Below are positions 39,401 through 61,219 of a stretch of 64,000 nucleotides of DNA, piece by piece (the first letter of the stretch is position 1; every line of letters starts with the position of its first letter). Origin of the DNA: the human T2T-CHM13v2.0 reference genome, Homo sapiens; assembly GCF_009914755.1 (NCBI RefSeq), contig NC_060925.1, one strand, 5' to 3'. Under the pieces are notes generated by a model, which had not been told where the DNA came from, ran no database searches, and saw only the letters and a list, made by a program, of their open reading frames with translations. A program made the position numbers and the translations under genes.

Positions 39401-39656
39401 AAGAGAAAAGTACTAAAGGGATTGATATCAGCCCAGCCAGATTAACCAGATGGGGTATCAGTGAATCAAGAAAACATAATAGTCCCAGGTTTGCATGCAC
39501 CCATTAACAGAATTTTAAAATATAAAAGCAAAAATTAACAAATCCACATTCAACGGTGGAGATTTTAACACCCTTCTCTTTGTAATTGATAGGTAGAAAA
39601 ATATCAGTAAGCACACAGAAGCTTTGAATAACACTGCCAAAACTTGACCTAATTAA

Positions 39657-40408
<752 letters not shown>

Positions 40409-40431
40409 TTAGCTCCAATACCTCAGTATAG

Positions 40432-40740
<309 letters not shown>

Positions 40741-41379
40741 TATTTATTTATTCATTTATTTATTTATCTATTTATTTATTTATACATACATACAACTGCA
40801 GAATATATATTCTTTTTATGTGCACAATGAAATACTTACTAAGATGGACCATCTGCTGGGCCATAAAGCAAGTCTTGCTAACTTTAAAAGGATTGGATTC
40901 ACATGTTTTCATACCATAGCTGGATTTTTTAAACAAATCAATAAGATACCTAGAACATCCCCAAATATTTGGAAATTAATCAGCTTCCTTCTAAATAACT
41001 TAGGAATGAAAAGGAAATCACAAAAGAATTTGAAAATATTTCTTATTAAATGATAATAAAGACACATACAACATACCAAAACTAGCAGGATGCAGCTAAA
41101 GAAATGCTATTGCTATACTTAGAAGGAAATTTATAGTTTTAAATGTCCATATTTAAAAGGAAAAATGCAAAGCCAATGATCTAAAGCAAGGCACTGTGCT
41201 AGACACTAGAAATACAATGGTAACTAAAACAAAATCCCTGTCTTAGTGAATAGAGCCTGGTGCGATGGTTGTCATATGTTGGCATGAATAATCATCACCA
41301 GGAGTATTTATTAAAATGCAGAATTATTAAAGTGTAGATCCGATTACAATTTTCCCTTATGAAGCAATCACTGTTTTGG

Positions 41380-42540
41380 AGATGCTCTTCACAATGAAAA
41401 GATCCATGTCACTAATAAACGTATGAAGAAGTCCTCAATTTCATTACATATTAGGAAAGTGCTAATTAGAAACCACAATGAGAATTCACTACATACTCAC
41501 AAGAATAACTAATGAAAAGGACAAAAAATGCTAACTGTTGCAAATATGTGAAACAACTACAACTCTCATCCTATGGATAGAAGTTTAAATTGGTATATAA
41601 CCACTTTGGAGAACTGTTTGGCAGTATCTGCTGAAGCCGAATATGTGCATTCCTCATGACTCAGCAACTCACTTCCTTAGTATCTACTCTATAGAAATAC
41701 TTACATATTGATCAAAAATGGTCAGAGCAACAACAATGTTCAGAGCAGTGCTGTTTATAAGAGCCAAAATGAAAACTACATGTCTGTCTGTCAACAGAAC
41801 AGATAAATGAATCAAAACATTCACACAATTAAATGCTATACAATAAATATGGGGGTGAAACCACAAATAAATGCAAAAGGTAGATAAATACCATAAAGAT
41901 AATGAGTAAGAGAAGCAGCATCCATAAAAGAGTATATACAAAATACTCTATTCAGACAAATTTCAAAAATAGGCAAAGTATTCCATGATGGTAGAAGTTG
42001 GAATAATGTTTAACCTTAGGAAGCGTGAGTAGTGACTGGTAAGAGGTAGCTTTGGGATGTTGACAATATCCTATTCCTCAACTTGGGTGCTATTTACATG
42101 AGAGATGATATGGTTTGGCTGTGTCCACACCCACATCTCATCTTGAATTGTAGTTCCCATAATCCCCACGTGCCCTGGGAGGGACCCAGTGGGAGGTAAT
42201 TGAATCCTGGAGCAGTTTCCCCCAGGCTGTTCTCATGATAGTGAGTGAGCTCTCACAAGATCTGATGGTTTTATAAGTGTCTGGCATTTGCCCTGCTTGC
42301 ACTCATTCTCTCTCCTGCTGCCCTGTGAAGAGGTACCTTCTGCCATGATTGTAAGTGTCCTGAGGTCCCCCTGAGCCATGCAGAACTGTGAGTCAACTAA
42401 ACCTCTTTCCTTTATAAATTACTGTCTTGGGTATTTCTTCATAGCAGCATGAGAATGGACTACTACAAGTGGGTTTTCACTTGGTGAAATTTACTGGGCT
42501 GTACACGTAGAAACTGTTATATATAACATTAAAATTTTAA
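41380..42540 (+). mobile_element. Ancient L1M 3' remnant, interrupted by a THE1 LTR
   Basis: Diverged ORF2 C-terminal and 3'UTR motifs (aaccactttggagaactgtttggcagtatct, actcagcaactcacttccttag). Confidence 0.65.
42106..42467. mobile_element. THE1-type MaLR solo LTR
   Basis: tgatatggtttggctgtgtcc...atagcagcatgagaatggactactaca; TG...CA ends; ~360 bp. Confidence 0.9.
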
Positions 42541-43174
42541 ATAAAGGTAAAAGAAATATTCCCTCTTAATTTTATTTGACTCATAAAAGTCATCAGCAAA
42601 GTATTTTCATTGTCAGGATTTCTCATTCCTAAAATTCACAACTACTGTTCTTTTTCTCATTACATTTAGTTAAAATCATTTGTACTGTTTTGTTAGTTCT
42701 CATACTTAGTATGTACAATTTGGGTGTTCAGATAAATGAAAGGCCTTTAACACTCTCAAAATCAAATAATACGGTCAATTTTTCATGAAGAGAATTATTT
42801 TTGAGGTTAGTGATTTACTATGTAATCCCCCTGCAGTTGTGTAAACCTCTTTGAGTCAGGGTAGTGTAGTCTACAGCTCCCTAAGTGTAATGAAAGCTAC
42901 CTGAGCTATTTCCCTTTGGAATGAAATGCATTGCTTTCTGCAACTGAACAAGCCTATAGTGAGTCATAATCTTCATTTTTGGAACTATCTGATATAATTA
43001 ATATGAATTTTTAAAACCAATCATTTTCCTTTTCATTTAGTAGACATATGGGAAAGCAATCCATGTTTTTTGCCTGCCAAATTTTGAGAAGCTTCTAATC
43101 TAGCAAGAGAATATTCATAGAAACATGAATTATCTTATGCTCCCTAGTATACTATAAACTTCCTTTGTTTGTTT

Positions 43175-43177
<3 letters not shown>

Positions 43178-43212
<35 letters not shown>
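43178..43212 (+). repeat. A35 homopolymer
   Basis: 35 consecutive A. Confidence 0.95.
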
Positions 43213-43215
<3 letters not shown>

Positions 43216-43638
43216 AGTTACTCATATTGGTTTACGTGAGGTTAAATTACAAGGTGCCTTTGACTTTAGGGTGTAACTCATATTAATTTACTAAATAAAG
43301 GATATTGACTCTAACATTCTTCACACAATTCCATTTTACAGTAGTGAATACCTACAAATGAGAAAAATCCATTCATAAAATAATTTATCAACAGAACACT
43401 TGCTTTCTTTTGTTCTGCCTTTAAAAAATTAAAGCATGCTTTCAAAAGAGAAAACTAAATGCCATTCCCACCAGAATTAGCTATAATTCCTTCTGCAATC
43501 TTACCAGAGAGTCACAATCATGAATTTGGGAATGATTACATTACTGCACCAAACATCCCAGCTAAAAATATCTAGACAATTATTTGTCAAAGGATTTTAT
43601 CACTTTGATGGTCATCTGTTAAGATTCTTGACCTGTTC

Positions 43639-44035
<397 letters not shown>

Positions 44036-45123
44036 TCAAGATAGCCAAATCAAAATGATCTGGGCATTGCATTTGAGGTAGGTCTAATACTGGGGGTATA
44101 GACAGAGGAGTGATAATTGCTTGCCTTAACACATAGTGTTAAGTGTACTTAACACTCTCAAAGTGTACTGAAGTTTTATGTTTACCCAGTTTTCTTAAAA
44201 TAACCAATTTCGTGACAGCATCTTAAAATGAGAGCATGCCTAGCTTCATTACAATTGCACAAATTTACATTAGTGGATAAACCATAATTGTAAACGGTTT
44301 TTCCTTCTGTTATTATCCCTTGAAAAAGATTCTATTTTGCATTTTTTTAATAATTATGAGGGATTGTGTGTTTTATTGGTTTCTATTCATAATACATCTT
44401 TACTTACACTTTTATGGTTTCTGAATTGATTGCTGTTTTGGTTTCTATGGTAACTCTGCCAGTTGCCTACCTATAAATAGATATTTTATAATAACAGGCT
44501 TATCAGAGTTCAATTTTTGAGAAACCTTCTGCAATAAGAAGGAAAATTGCTAGAAAAATAACATATGAATCAAGGTTTATGGAAACAGATCTCTTGTACC
44601 TGTCATAGTGTAAAAATAGAAGAGTCAAAATGAAAATTCATGTAGATGCATGCTGGCAAGCATATGGTGAAAAGAAAGGAATACTCAACCATTTAAAAAG
44701 AAAAATGTAAAACTGGGATATACTTTTACATTTGGCCTCCATTAAAAAATTCATGCAATCTTTTAAAATAACGTTTATTAACTACACACAAACTACAGTC
44801 TGCATTTCTTTCATCACCTTCTTGTATTACTCTTCAGTGTGACTTTGTAGAAACTCTTATGTATGGGTGTTACCCCTTGGTTATATAGAAAGTATGTATT
44901 GTCTTCCAATTTGTTCTTTATCTTTTAACTTTCATTGTATTATGGTTTTATTTGCTCTACTGACCATTTTAGTTTATGTAGTCAAATATGGCAGGCTTTC
45001 CACTGTGGCTTCTGAATCTGGGCATAACTTAGGGAGACTTTTCTACTGCAAGATTACAAACACATTCCTCTACATTTCTTTTTCATTCTTGAATAGTCTT
45101 AAAGTATATTATGTTTTTACTCC

Positions 45124-45496
45124 TGCATAATTGAAAATCTGCATGTAACTTTTGACTCCCCAAAAATTTAAGTGCTAACAGCTTACTGTTGACCAGAAGC
45201 CTTACCCACAAGATAAACACTTAACACATATTTTGTAAGTTATATGTATTATATACTGTATTCTTACAATAAAGTGAGCTAGAGAAAACAAAACGCTATT
45301 AAGAAAATCATAAGGGAGAGAAAATATACTTACTATTTATTAAGTGGAACTGGATTGACATAAAGATCGTCATTCTTGTCATCTTCATGTTGAGCAGGCT
45401 GAGGAAGAAGAAGGGTTGGTCTTGCTGACTCAGGGGTGGCAGAGGTGGAATAAAAATCCACGTAAAAGTGAATCCATGAAGTTCAAGGATCAACTG
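45124..45496. mobile_element. Tigger2a/MER28-like DNA transposon remnant
   Basis: gaaaatctgcatgtaacttttgactcccc...actgttgaccagaagccttacc...gttcaaggatcaactg|ta. Confidence 0.8.
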
Positions 45497-47797
45497 TATA
45501 GTAGGAAGTATCAAATGTGTGCTAGTAACCTGTTTATTTACTCTTTTTTATGAACATTGGAACCAGCTAGAAGTTCCATAAAATTCCCAGCACTGTTTGC
45601 ATTTAGTTTATTATTTAGTTCACGGTTTACATCTATATAATGTTTAATCTTCCATGCAGAAACATGGGATGTGTCTCCACTTGGTCTGTTCAGTTTTATA
45701 TTCGACGGTAAAATTGTAATATTTTATTGCCTGCTTAAAAAAATTCTAGAATTGTGTAGTTTCATGCTATTGTGCCTGAAATATTTTTTCCAGTTATTCT
45801 TTCTAATTACTTACTGCCATTAATATTACCTATTCAGGCATGTTTATCTTGCATTTTGTCATCTAACTGCATTCTCTTACTAGTTCTATCAGTTTTTTAG
45901 TTTCTTTATATATTTTAAAAAATACTAAGACATGTTCTCATTAGCTATCTGTATATATATTATAAAGCTTTCCTTATAGATCATCAAGTTATTTGTACAT
46001 TTTTGAAAATCATCTAAGTATATGCCAAAATGTCAAAGAAAAAAACACATATACATAAATGTATGAGTTTATATATATCTGCCCCAATTAATACATGAAT
46101 AGCCAGAGAGAGGGCTGATAATTCTAAAACATAATTAACATATTACTACTCTTTTATTTTACAAAAATGATTAACCACAACTTTTTTCTAAATGTAGTAA
46201 GTGTTGTAAGTTTTCATATGATATAATCACCACTGTGTTGTGAGCACCTTTAAGTCCACCTTGTTCATTTTGGGATGCCCAGGCCCACAAAGGAAACTCA
46301 TTCAGTGTTGTTGAATCAATCAATCAGTCTTTACTGCCTTCATTAATTTTTGTCGGTGAAAAAGCCCACAGTTTGATTGAAGCCTGTGAAATTTTACTCT
46401 GCTTTGAAATTGTATTTTGATACTTCATTTGGTCTTATTTCTAAATGCTTTTCACATAGAAGATGATTGTACATTTAACTGAAGAAGGGTTTTTTTTTTT
46501 TCACTTTAATCAGAATCGGAGGGTTAACTGTGGGTGTCTCACATAAGAGAACAGAAAGATCAAAAATGTCTATTCTAAAATGTATCTTTTTTTCTGGAAA
46601 AAAATATTTGAAACAAAACACTAAAATCATCTAAATAATCTAAATATCTAGTCAGGTTTTTAATCTTCTCACAAAATTTGATTGTTTCACTATCATTAGA
46701 ATTATACTTTCTGGGTAAATTCATGATACAAATTAATAAATTGTATTAGCTATGCTTTTTAATATAGAAAATGTAAGTTACATATTCCTCACTGTGTGTT
46801 AGCATAAACAAATACAAATTACCCATAAAAGTTCAGAATTATATTATAGTTTCTGAGGTTTCTTCAGAACAATGGTAATAACATATAGACGATGGAAGAA
46901 AGTATCTTGATTTTATGCCAGTCAGTACAATGTTCCATTAAGGATGCATTTGCGCATTAATTTCAGGAAAGACTGTGTAATGAAATGCATGTCAGACATT
47001 TAATGCCTGCTAGACATTTAAGCTGCTTTGTATTTAAGAGCATGACTTGACCTTATTAGATGCCTAATAACTGAAGTAATTGTATCTTGTAGTAATCAAA
47101 ATGTCTTCCATTATAACAAAAATATGATTCAATTACATTATAGTATCAACTGTTATTTCTGATGTTCAGAAAATTATGGTTAAATACATATTTCCGGTGC
47201 TAAAGAAACCTAATTACATTTTTTATGCCTGCAATAAGCAATGCTTTTAAAGATATGTAAGTGCTATAATTATTGGAAAGAGAAAATAGTATCAAAAATG
47301 AAATATCAGCAATGCCTTCCATTTCTTGATCTGTTCAGACAGAGGCTGTATACCTCCAGCAGAGTTTATTCTGCCTATAACCACATACATGTATTCCATT
47401 TAAATAAACTATCAGAAAAATAGTGACTAAAAAAATGGGTCCTGATTCTGGAAAACAATCCTTAATATCTAGTTCTAGAAACTAGAAATCATAAAATGTC
47501 AGTACAGTAAATTAGATTATTTCCGTAGTGTCCCACTATGTAAATGTTATCTCCGATGCCAAATTTGCAACGCTATGAAGTTTTAGACCAAACACCTCCC
47601 ATTTGCTTGCTCTCCAACCCACTTGCTGATTGGCTGTGCCCTGCCTCTGATTGTTACATGTAATAGCCGGTCTGTAACTCCAAATTGCTTGTACTTCTTT
47701 TAAAGGCAGAAATGCTTTTCTTTATACAAGGTCCAATACTTCATCTCTATGAGTTTTAGAATATGGAAATATTCAGTTCTCAATGAAAATAATATTA

Positions 47798-54044
<6,247 letters not shown>

Positions 54045-55989
54045 AAATAATAGTACCTTCTTTGGTACACAAGTATAATATTTTTATTGTAGAGACTATC
54101 TTTAATAATATATGTCATGTGAGGTCTTACCTAATGTTAAACTATTTACCTCTGGAGAGACTTGAAAGTTTTGGAAAGCATACAACATCTTTCTAAAATA
54201 GTTTTATATGCTTTAAGCTATTTGTGTCTTTCCTAAGGCTGACATTTAGTTCCAAAATTTGTATTCCAGTTCCAACCTCAGTTATCTACACCCTTCTCTG
54301 GCACTATAAACCTACAGAATGGTTTCCCACATCTTGACCATCAGAATCCACTCTACAATACAGATGCCTCTGACCTTTCAGATGTCCAAGTGGAAAGTAC
54401 AAAAGAGAGGCTACAAGGCCAGACTCCATCCTTCACTCTGACACATATAATTTACCATCATGCTTCCTCCCGCTATGTATTATTTATCCCTATAACAATA
54501 TTCAGACTTCCTTCTCACTCACCCAGTGTCCTTGTTGTTAGGGTACTCCCACTGCACCCTTCTCTCAAGATTTTCCCAGCCTTCTCTAGAAGAAAAGTCT
54601 TCTAATCTGGTTGAGAATCCTAGATTCTGCTTCTGCCAATCCATGGACTCAACTAGCTTTGCTGAGCAAAGTTTTCACATCCAATTTCCCGACGGAATAC
54701 AGGATTGATTAAATAGTCTGAACTTTGACTCATCCAAATTTGTATTTTGAACCTCTTCACATGGCTTATAAATCTCTGGTTTTTAAGATTTACTTTCAGA
54801 TATGCTCATTACTTTTAGTTCTAGTATGCTCTCTCATCCCCAACTACTAAAGCCTTTTCCCATTTTCCATTTTTTTTTCTCCTCACTTAAAATCAACAAG
54901 AATTCACTGGGTGACTACTAGGCATATAGAATGTGCTTAATACAAAGTGTGAGGCATAATTCCCTACCCAGGCATCCAACCTTTTAAAACTTGTATTTTC
55001 TGTGGAGCATTCTGATGTCCAATTTGTGCATGTTTGAAGGACTGGTATAAATTGATAAAACTGAAAAGTTAATGGAGTGGCATGACCCAATCATTTCTAT
55101 TTATTTTTAAAGTATTATTTTCTTACTTATCATATGGTATGGAGAACTGAAATTTGAACTTGGTGAACCATTCAGGAATCTAGAAAAGTTTTGAGGGTTT
55201 AAACTCTTTTCAGATTGTACAAAAGAAGCAGAAATTAAATGGAAACTTTGTCTATAAACATATAATCTAAAATTGTATGTGATTGTACTTAACTTGGAGT
55301 TCTGTTTAATCTGAGTCCATATATCATTTAAGCCTCTGGTAGTACTGAGATGAATTATATGTAAGGGAAAATCAGAAACTGCTTGCATCAGAAAGCTCCA
55401 GTAATAATAATAATTTGTAAAAAGCCATAGGAGAATCTAAAAACACTTCAAATTATAATCCAAAGAAAATGTGGAAAGCCTACTGGATAAAAGGTTCATA
55501 AGCAGGCAAACAAAATAAGGCAAACTGGTTTCCAACCTTCTGTAGGTAGGAGGTGCGAGACAATCTGAAATCACTGAGCAGCACTTATCGACTGTAGGTG
55601 TTAACTTTCACCTGCACAAATGATAGAAACTGAAATAAAGAATAATAATACCTATTTGTATATCTGAAGCACTTTTTATTGCATATTTCTCATGACATCC
55701 TTGTAAGAACCTTAATCAGGAAGTCCTATGTCTTAATGTCCATTGTACAGAATCTGAAAAAGGAAAAATGAATTGGAAAATAGTTTGAGCAAGAAATAAA
55801 GACAAACTTCTCTGACCTCACAATTTTAACTAGAGGTTGCTTATTTCTAATATAACAACAGGGGAGGCCTTTGATAGGATCCACTAAGAAGCAAGTGAAA
55901 TGCTAGTATAGGTCAGAGAATGTTTTGAACTAAGTGAATTTCTTCATAGACTTTATAGGCCTTTATGTATGATGAATGCCTAGTATTTG

Positions 55990-56225
55990 TTTGACCACTT
56001 TAATATACACTTCCCCTAACTTACAGTGTACATTTATGCAAAGATCTATTTGATCCTCTCAGCAGATCTGTAAGGAAACAAATATTGGCCATGTTTTAAG
56101 GAAGAGAAAACAGAGGCTTAGAAAGGCTAGTGTCTTGGCCAAAGTCACTCGTACCAAGTAATAGGTAGAAGAAGCATGTACATCCGGGACCTAGGCTTCA
56201 AAACCATACTTTGTGCTACTTTGCC
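55990..56225. mobile_element. MIR fragment
   Basis: gagaaaacagaggcttagaaaggctagtgtcttggccaaagtcac. Confidence 0.6.
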
Positions 56226-57332
56226 AGGGACGAGTGGCAAAACACAGAAAATATTGAGTTAGGTTTATAGCCCTGTAAACACACGATTTATTGAATTGTT
56301 TCTTAAGTCAAATAGTCATGAGATAATTGTCCTAATGTCACAATAATTGAGTTAGTTGAGTCTATATTTTAAACACTTTCTTTCTCATAGCTAAATTGTT
56401 GTTTTGTTATTTAAGTAACAACGTCAATAGCAACACTAAACAAAATCTTTAGAATTGACTAAATATCTCCACTTAACTAGCTAGTGCTTTTTTTTTTACT
56501 TGGTTTTGCTTCATTATTTGATTGTATATTGTATTTATGTGGTTTAAAAATATAGCCTCTCAGTTTTTCTTCTAGATGTTTTGGCAATTTTTTGCTGAAA
56601 ACAGAGTAATGAGGAAATTACATGAATAATCATTCCTGTCCTGGTCTGTCATCCCCATTGGTAATCTTCACTAGTATAGGTGGCCCTCATTCCTCTCTAC
56701 CAATACTACACAGCAGTCAATGGAAACACAAATTTGGCTCTGCTATCACCTTCTCCTTTTCTTGACAGCCAATGAGAAAACTTAGCTTCAAGCCTTAGCT
56801 GTACTTTCAACTATCTGGCCTAGGGCAGGGGATCTCATCTTTAAAAGAGTTCATTTTCTGATTATTAAAATAACGAAACTGAATTAAAACCTTTTCAAGG
56901 ACTCTTACAACCAAGGATATATATTATTAGCATCGCACTAGAACATAAACTCTGAATGCAAAGATTTTGTTAATTTTGTTCATTGCTGTATCTTCAGTGC
57001 CTACAACAATATTTTCTAAGAGATGTTCAATAAATGAATAAATAAACAGCATTTCAGTTCAGGTTTGCAGGGGGAAAATTCATGTTTTAACATGAGAAAT
57101 TGGATGGTTTACCACTCAGGGGAGGCTTCATGAAGGAGCAATGCAGTCGCAGAAGGGCCCACCACTTTGGAAGTTCATAAACGACATAAACCACCCATTT
57201 AAAGGTGACCAAGATAAGAGGAACAGACACAAATTAAATTTTGACTGACTGATAAACCACAGTTATAAATTCATGGTTTACAATAAAGGACTTGCACTAT
57301 GTGTGTGGCTGGGATTTGTGTTTTCTCCAGTT

Positions 57333-57590
57333 CTCCTAGTCTATTCAGGCTGCTATAACAAAATACCATAGACTGGGTGGCTTATAAACAATGTGTTTAT
57401 TTTTCACAGTCATGTAAGTTGAGAAGTCAAAGATGAAGGCCCTGGCAGATTTGGTGTCTGGTGAGGGCCTGCTTCTTGAGGCACCCACAGCAGTCTTTTC
57501 ACTGTGTCCTCACGTAGTAGAAAGACAAAAGCACTCCCTTGGGCCCCTTTTATAAGTGCACTAATTGCATTTGTGAGGGCTCTGCCTCTG
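57333..57590. mobile_element. MLT1A/MST-like MaLR LTR fragment
   Basis: tagtctattcaggctgctataacaaaataccatagactgggtggcttataaacaa. Confidence 0.8.
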
Positions 57591-58305
57591 AGGAGGGCTG
57601 AGACTGTGCCTCTGGCCTGGGAACTTCACAAATGCTTCTCGGTCCCCCATCTCCCATTCCCACCCCCTGCCTTTGGTGGAACAGGATGGCTAGATTGGAC
57701 TAGAGTTGGCTATTTCCTTTCTCCTTTGGAAGACTAGAGCCAGCTGGAGTAGGGTATCTCCTTTCCCCCAGGTCAGTTAGTTTCTGATAAAGACCAACAG
57801 GTGAGGCTCTGATTAAATAGTTGCTCCTGGTGGCCAGCCTTGCTAAGTACACAGTGCACTGGCATATTTCAAAATGGTTCTTTTCACTGCCCTTTGCCTG
57901 AAGCAGGAGGGGATTTTTCTTCTCTATTCACTATGAGAATCAGGTCAAGCTCTTGGAGATAAAACTTGCAAAAGTGTGGTGACTCCCAATAACTGGGGCC
58001 CTCTGGACGTTTTATATCTCAGACTTGTCCGCACGAAGCCTCCAACAATCTATCAATCACAGTTCAGGTTTCCCTATCCTGGTACTGGTTCCCACAGAGG
58101 TTTCAGCTCCTGGATTTCTGCTCTGTTAAAATGAGATTCTCTGTATTAATCTGTTGATCTCTCCAGTTTTGGAGATGGTAGTTTGCCCTGTGACCTCACA
58201 TCTTTTACCAATTTAAGAAGAGTTGTTTCTTTTTCAGTTTGTTCAGCTTTCTCCTTGTTAGAATGGAGTGGCAACTTCTAAGCTACCAGTATGCTGAACC
58301 GGAAA
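57591..58305 (-). mobile_element. Probable ancient L1 5' end (L1MC/MD type)
   Basis: gtttgccctgtgacctcac...taagaagagttgttt...tttcagtttgttcagcttt...gaaccggaaatt resembles my recall of old L1 5'-end consensus sequences. Confidence 0.5.
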
Positions 58306-58819
58306 TTACATAATGTATTTTTTAGAACACCTAAAAGTATAAGGCTCTTTTTTCTGACCTAAATCCAAATGACTTTGAAAAGGGATTATAATTAATGTTA
58401 AGAACAAAATTAAATTACTTATCTCCTAGCAATGAGAAATGAATTAATTGCCTCACAGCATAACAGTCTTCTGTTATGCTCTGTCGATATTTTATTTTAG
58501 CCACCGTGTTAGGTTTATTTTATTTTCTATCATATTCAGGACTTCTTTTTACAATATTCTTATTAATGTCATCAGCTCTCTTAGCAGAAAGCAAAAGTTT
58601 TAAATTATTTTAATTTGTATTATTTCATGGTGTATATTCTGCTGTTTTGTTGCTATTTAAAATTTTTAAATCATCAATAAAACATTTTGAAAGTAATGCT
58701 TATGGAATAATTTTTCTCAATTAGTTACCATGTCAAAATAATGTCGTTTACTTTAAAGATACATGGCAACAATCAAAAGAAAGAACTGCAGTTTCTTTAA
58801 ACCCTCAATCATAGGGGTG

Positions 58820-59228
58820 TATTATGTGATAAACAAAATGGTGTTACTTTGGTTCAGAGGTCTAAAATGGAGTCAAGAAGCCATTCTAAGAATTCCCTGA
58901 ATGACCTAAAGTAAGCTGGGCCAAACCACCACAACCACAACATCCTAGAAAATAGCTGAATTTTGCCATCCCTGCAGCTCCTAAACAGTAACAACGAATG
59001 AGCTATAGACTCATACTAAACCAGCCGCCTCCACTTATGATAATTCTTTTAAAACAGTTTGTGTAATCACCCTCAGTGTCCTTTCAAAAATCACTACTCC
59101 CTTTCCTCTTTTTGGAACACAATTTGGCTTCTAGTTGAATCTGTATCTCCTGAATTGCAGTTCCTAAGACCCCAATAAATGCCTTGTCTTACTGCTTTAC
59201 AGCCTGGTCTTTCTTTTCTTGATTGACA
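58820..59228 (+). mobile_element. Probable ERV solo LTR
   Basis: aaaatggagtc U3-like motif, caataaa poly(A) signal near 59173, ends ttgattgaca; family not assigned. Confidence 0.6.
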
Positions 59229-59539
59229 GGAGCTACTGGAAGCTCCAGTCCACTACGTTTTACTGTAAACATAGCTATTTATAAATGCAGAAGTCAGATG
59301 GCTATGCTAGCTTCTCCCCTTGGCAGTGTGGTGGGGGGGCGGTTCAGGGGTTGATATAATGAGTTTATTTCAATCCCAAAGTTTGGAATATGTCAGCCTG
59401 GCAAAGAGGAAAAAAATAGAGTCCAACTTATCTTATTATTATATACACTATTTTTTCAGTCTGCTGAAGGAGACTCACAGTTTTTTAAAAAATTCAATAA
59501 ATGTCAATTTAACTTCTACCCTATGCCAGGATCCTTTCT

Positions 59540-60772
59540 TAGAAACATGATATTTGGTTCGCTAATATTAACATGCAGAGTGGCAGGCATTGTAAAGTCA
59601 GAAGGAAGTAAGAATTAAAAAATGATAGTATTGATACACAAAGAGATAAATGGATTATTGTAAGAGGATAGGGTCCAGAAACAAGCCTTTGTATGGATAA
59701 ATATGCAATAATTGATAAAACAACCCAGTTGGGAGGGTGTAGTCAGTAAAATGTGAGAAAAATTTAGGTTAAATCTCTTTTTTACACCATTTGCAAAGAG
59801 ACAAATTCCATATGGATCAAAGACACAAAGGTGAAAATCAAAACTGCAAACACGCTATTTTTTTAAAAAAAGCCTGTTTATAACTTTGGGATAAAAGAGA
59901 CTTTTTTAAACAACATACAAAACACAGAAGCCACAAAGAAAATACTCAAGACTCATTATTTTGACTACACCAAAATTAAGAACTTTAAAAATCAGAAAAC
60001 AAACTACAGATTGGGAGAATGTACTGTCCATCTACATAACAGAAAAATTGACTAGTATTCAGAATAGATAAAATTCAGACAGGAAGAGTATATTTTCAAT
60101 CTTTGTAATGGGGAGACGATTACTTCCTAAAATAGATACAGATCTCATATAAATCAATGAGAAATAATAGGAAATTATAAAAACACTTTAAACTTTGATA
60201 CTACTATGTGTCAATGAGATTGTCGGAAAATTGATATTGTTGTATATTACTGTTAGGGGTGTAAACTGGCACACTCTTTCTAGGGAATGATTGTCAGTAC
60301 TCTCAGAAGTTAAAACATGGCTACTTTGTCACCCAGCAATTGTACTTTTCAATATATTCATGAAAGAAATATTTGTGTGTAGAAGAAAGCACACATGGCA
60401 TTCACTGTGACATTGTCTGTTACAGTAAAAAGTTGAAAACACCAAAATATCCATGAATAAAATAATGATTATGGAAGGTCATACAATGGACTGCTATGCA
60501 GCTCTTGGAAAGAATAAGACATCAATATTTACACATGTGGAAAGATCTCCAAGGTGTACTACAGAGTAAAAATACAATTTGTAGAATAATATTCACATTA
60601 TAGTCCCATTTAATTTAAAAACAAGTCACACAAAATAAAACAATATATTCCTATATACACATATGTAATAAACTCTTATGTAATAATGTTATACAGAATG
60701 TTAAACTAATAATGGTGGATATTTCCTAGGAGGTAGCTGGGACTAGGAATAAGGTAAATGGAAACTTTACTT
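59540..60772 (+). mobile_element. Ancient L1ME 3' remnant
   Basis: Diverged ORF2 motifs (tacaccatttgcaaa, ggggtgtaaactggcac, acccagcaattgtactt, atacaatggactgctatgcagc). Confidence 0.65.
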
Positions 60773-61219
60773 TGTCTTAGTCCATTTTCTGTTGCTTATA
60801 ACAGAATACCTAAAATTGGGTAATTTATAATGAAAAAAAATTCTTATAGTTACGGAATCTGAGAAGACCAAAGTTGAGAGGCCACATCTGAGAAGACCAA
60901 AGTTGAGAGGCCATATATTTTCTTGCTAGTGGGGACTCTGCAGAGTCCCAAGGTGGCACAGAACATAACATAGTGAGGGGGCTGAGCATGCTAGCTCAGG
61001 TCTCTCTTCCTCATCTTGTAAAGCCACCTGTTCCACTCCCGTAATAACCCATTAATCCATTAATTTATTGACCATTAATCCATGAATGGATTAATCCATT
61101 GAAGAGGAAAGAACCCTCATGACCCAACACCTCTTTAAGACCCAGCCTCTGGATACTGCCACATTGGGGATTAAATTTCAACATGAGTTTTCAAGGGAAC
61201 AAATATTTAAACCACAGCA
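60773..61219. mobile_element. MST-type MaLR solo LTR
   Basis: tgtcttagtccattttctgttgcttataacagaatacc...aaatttcaacatgagttt...aaaccacagca. Confidence 0.85.
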
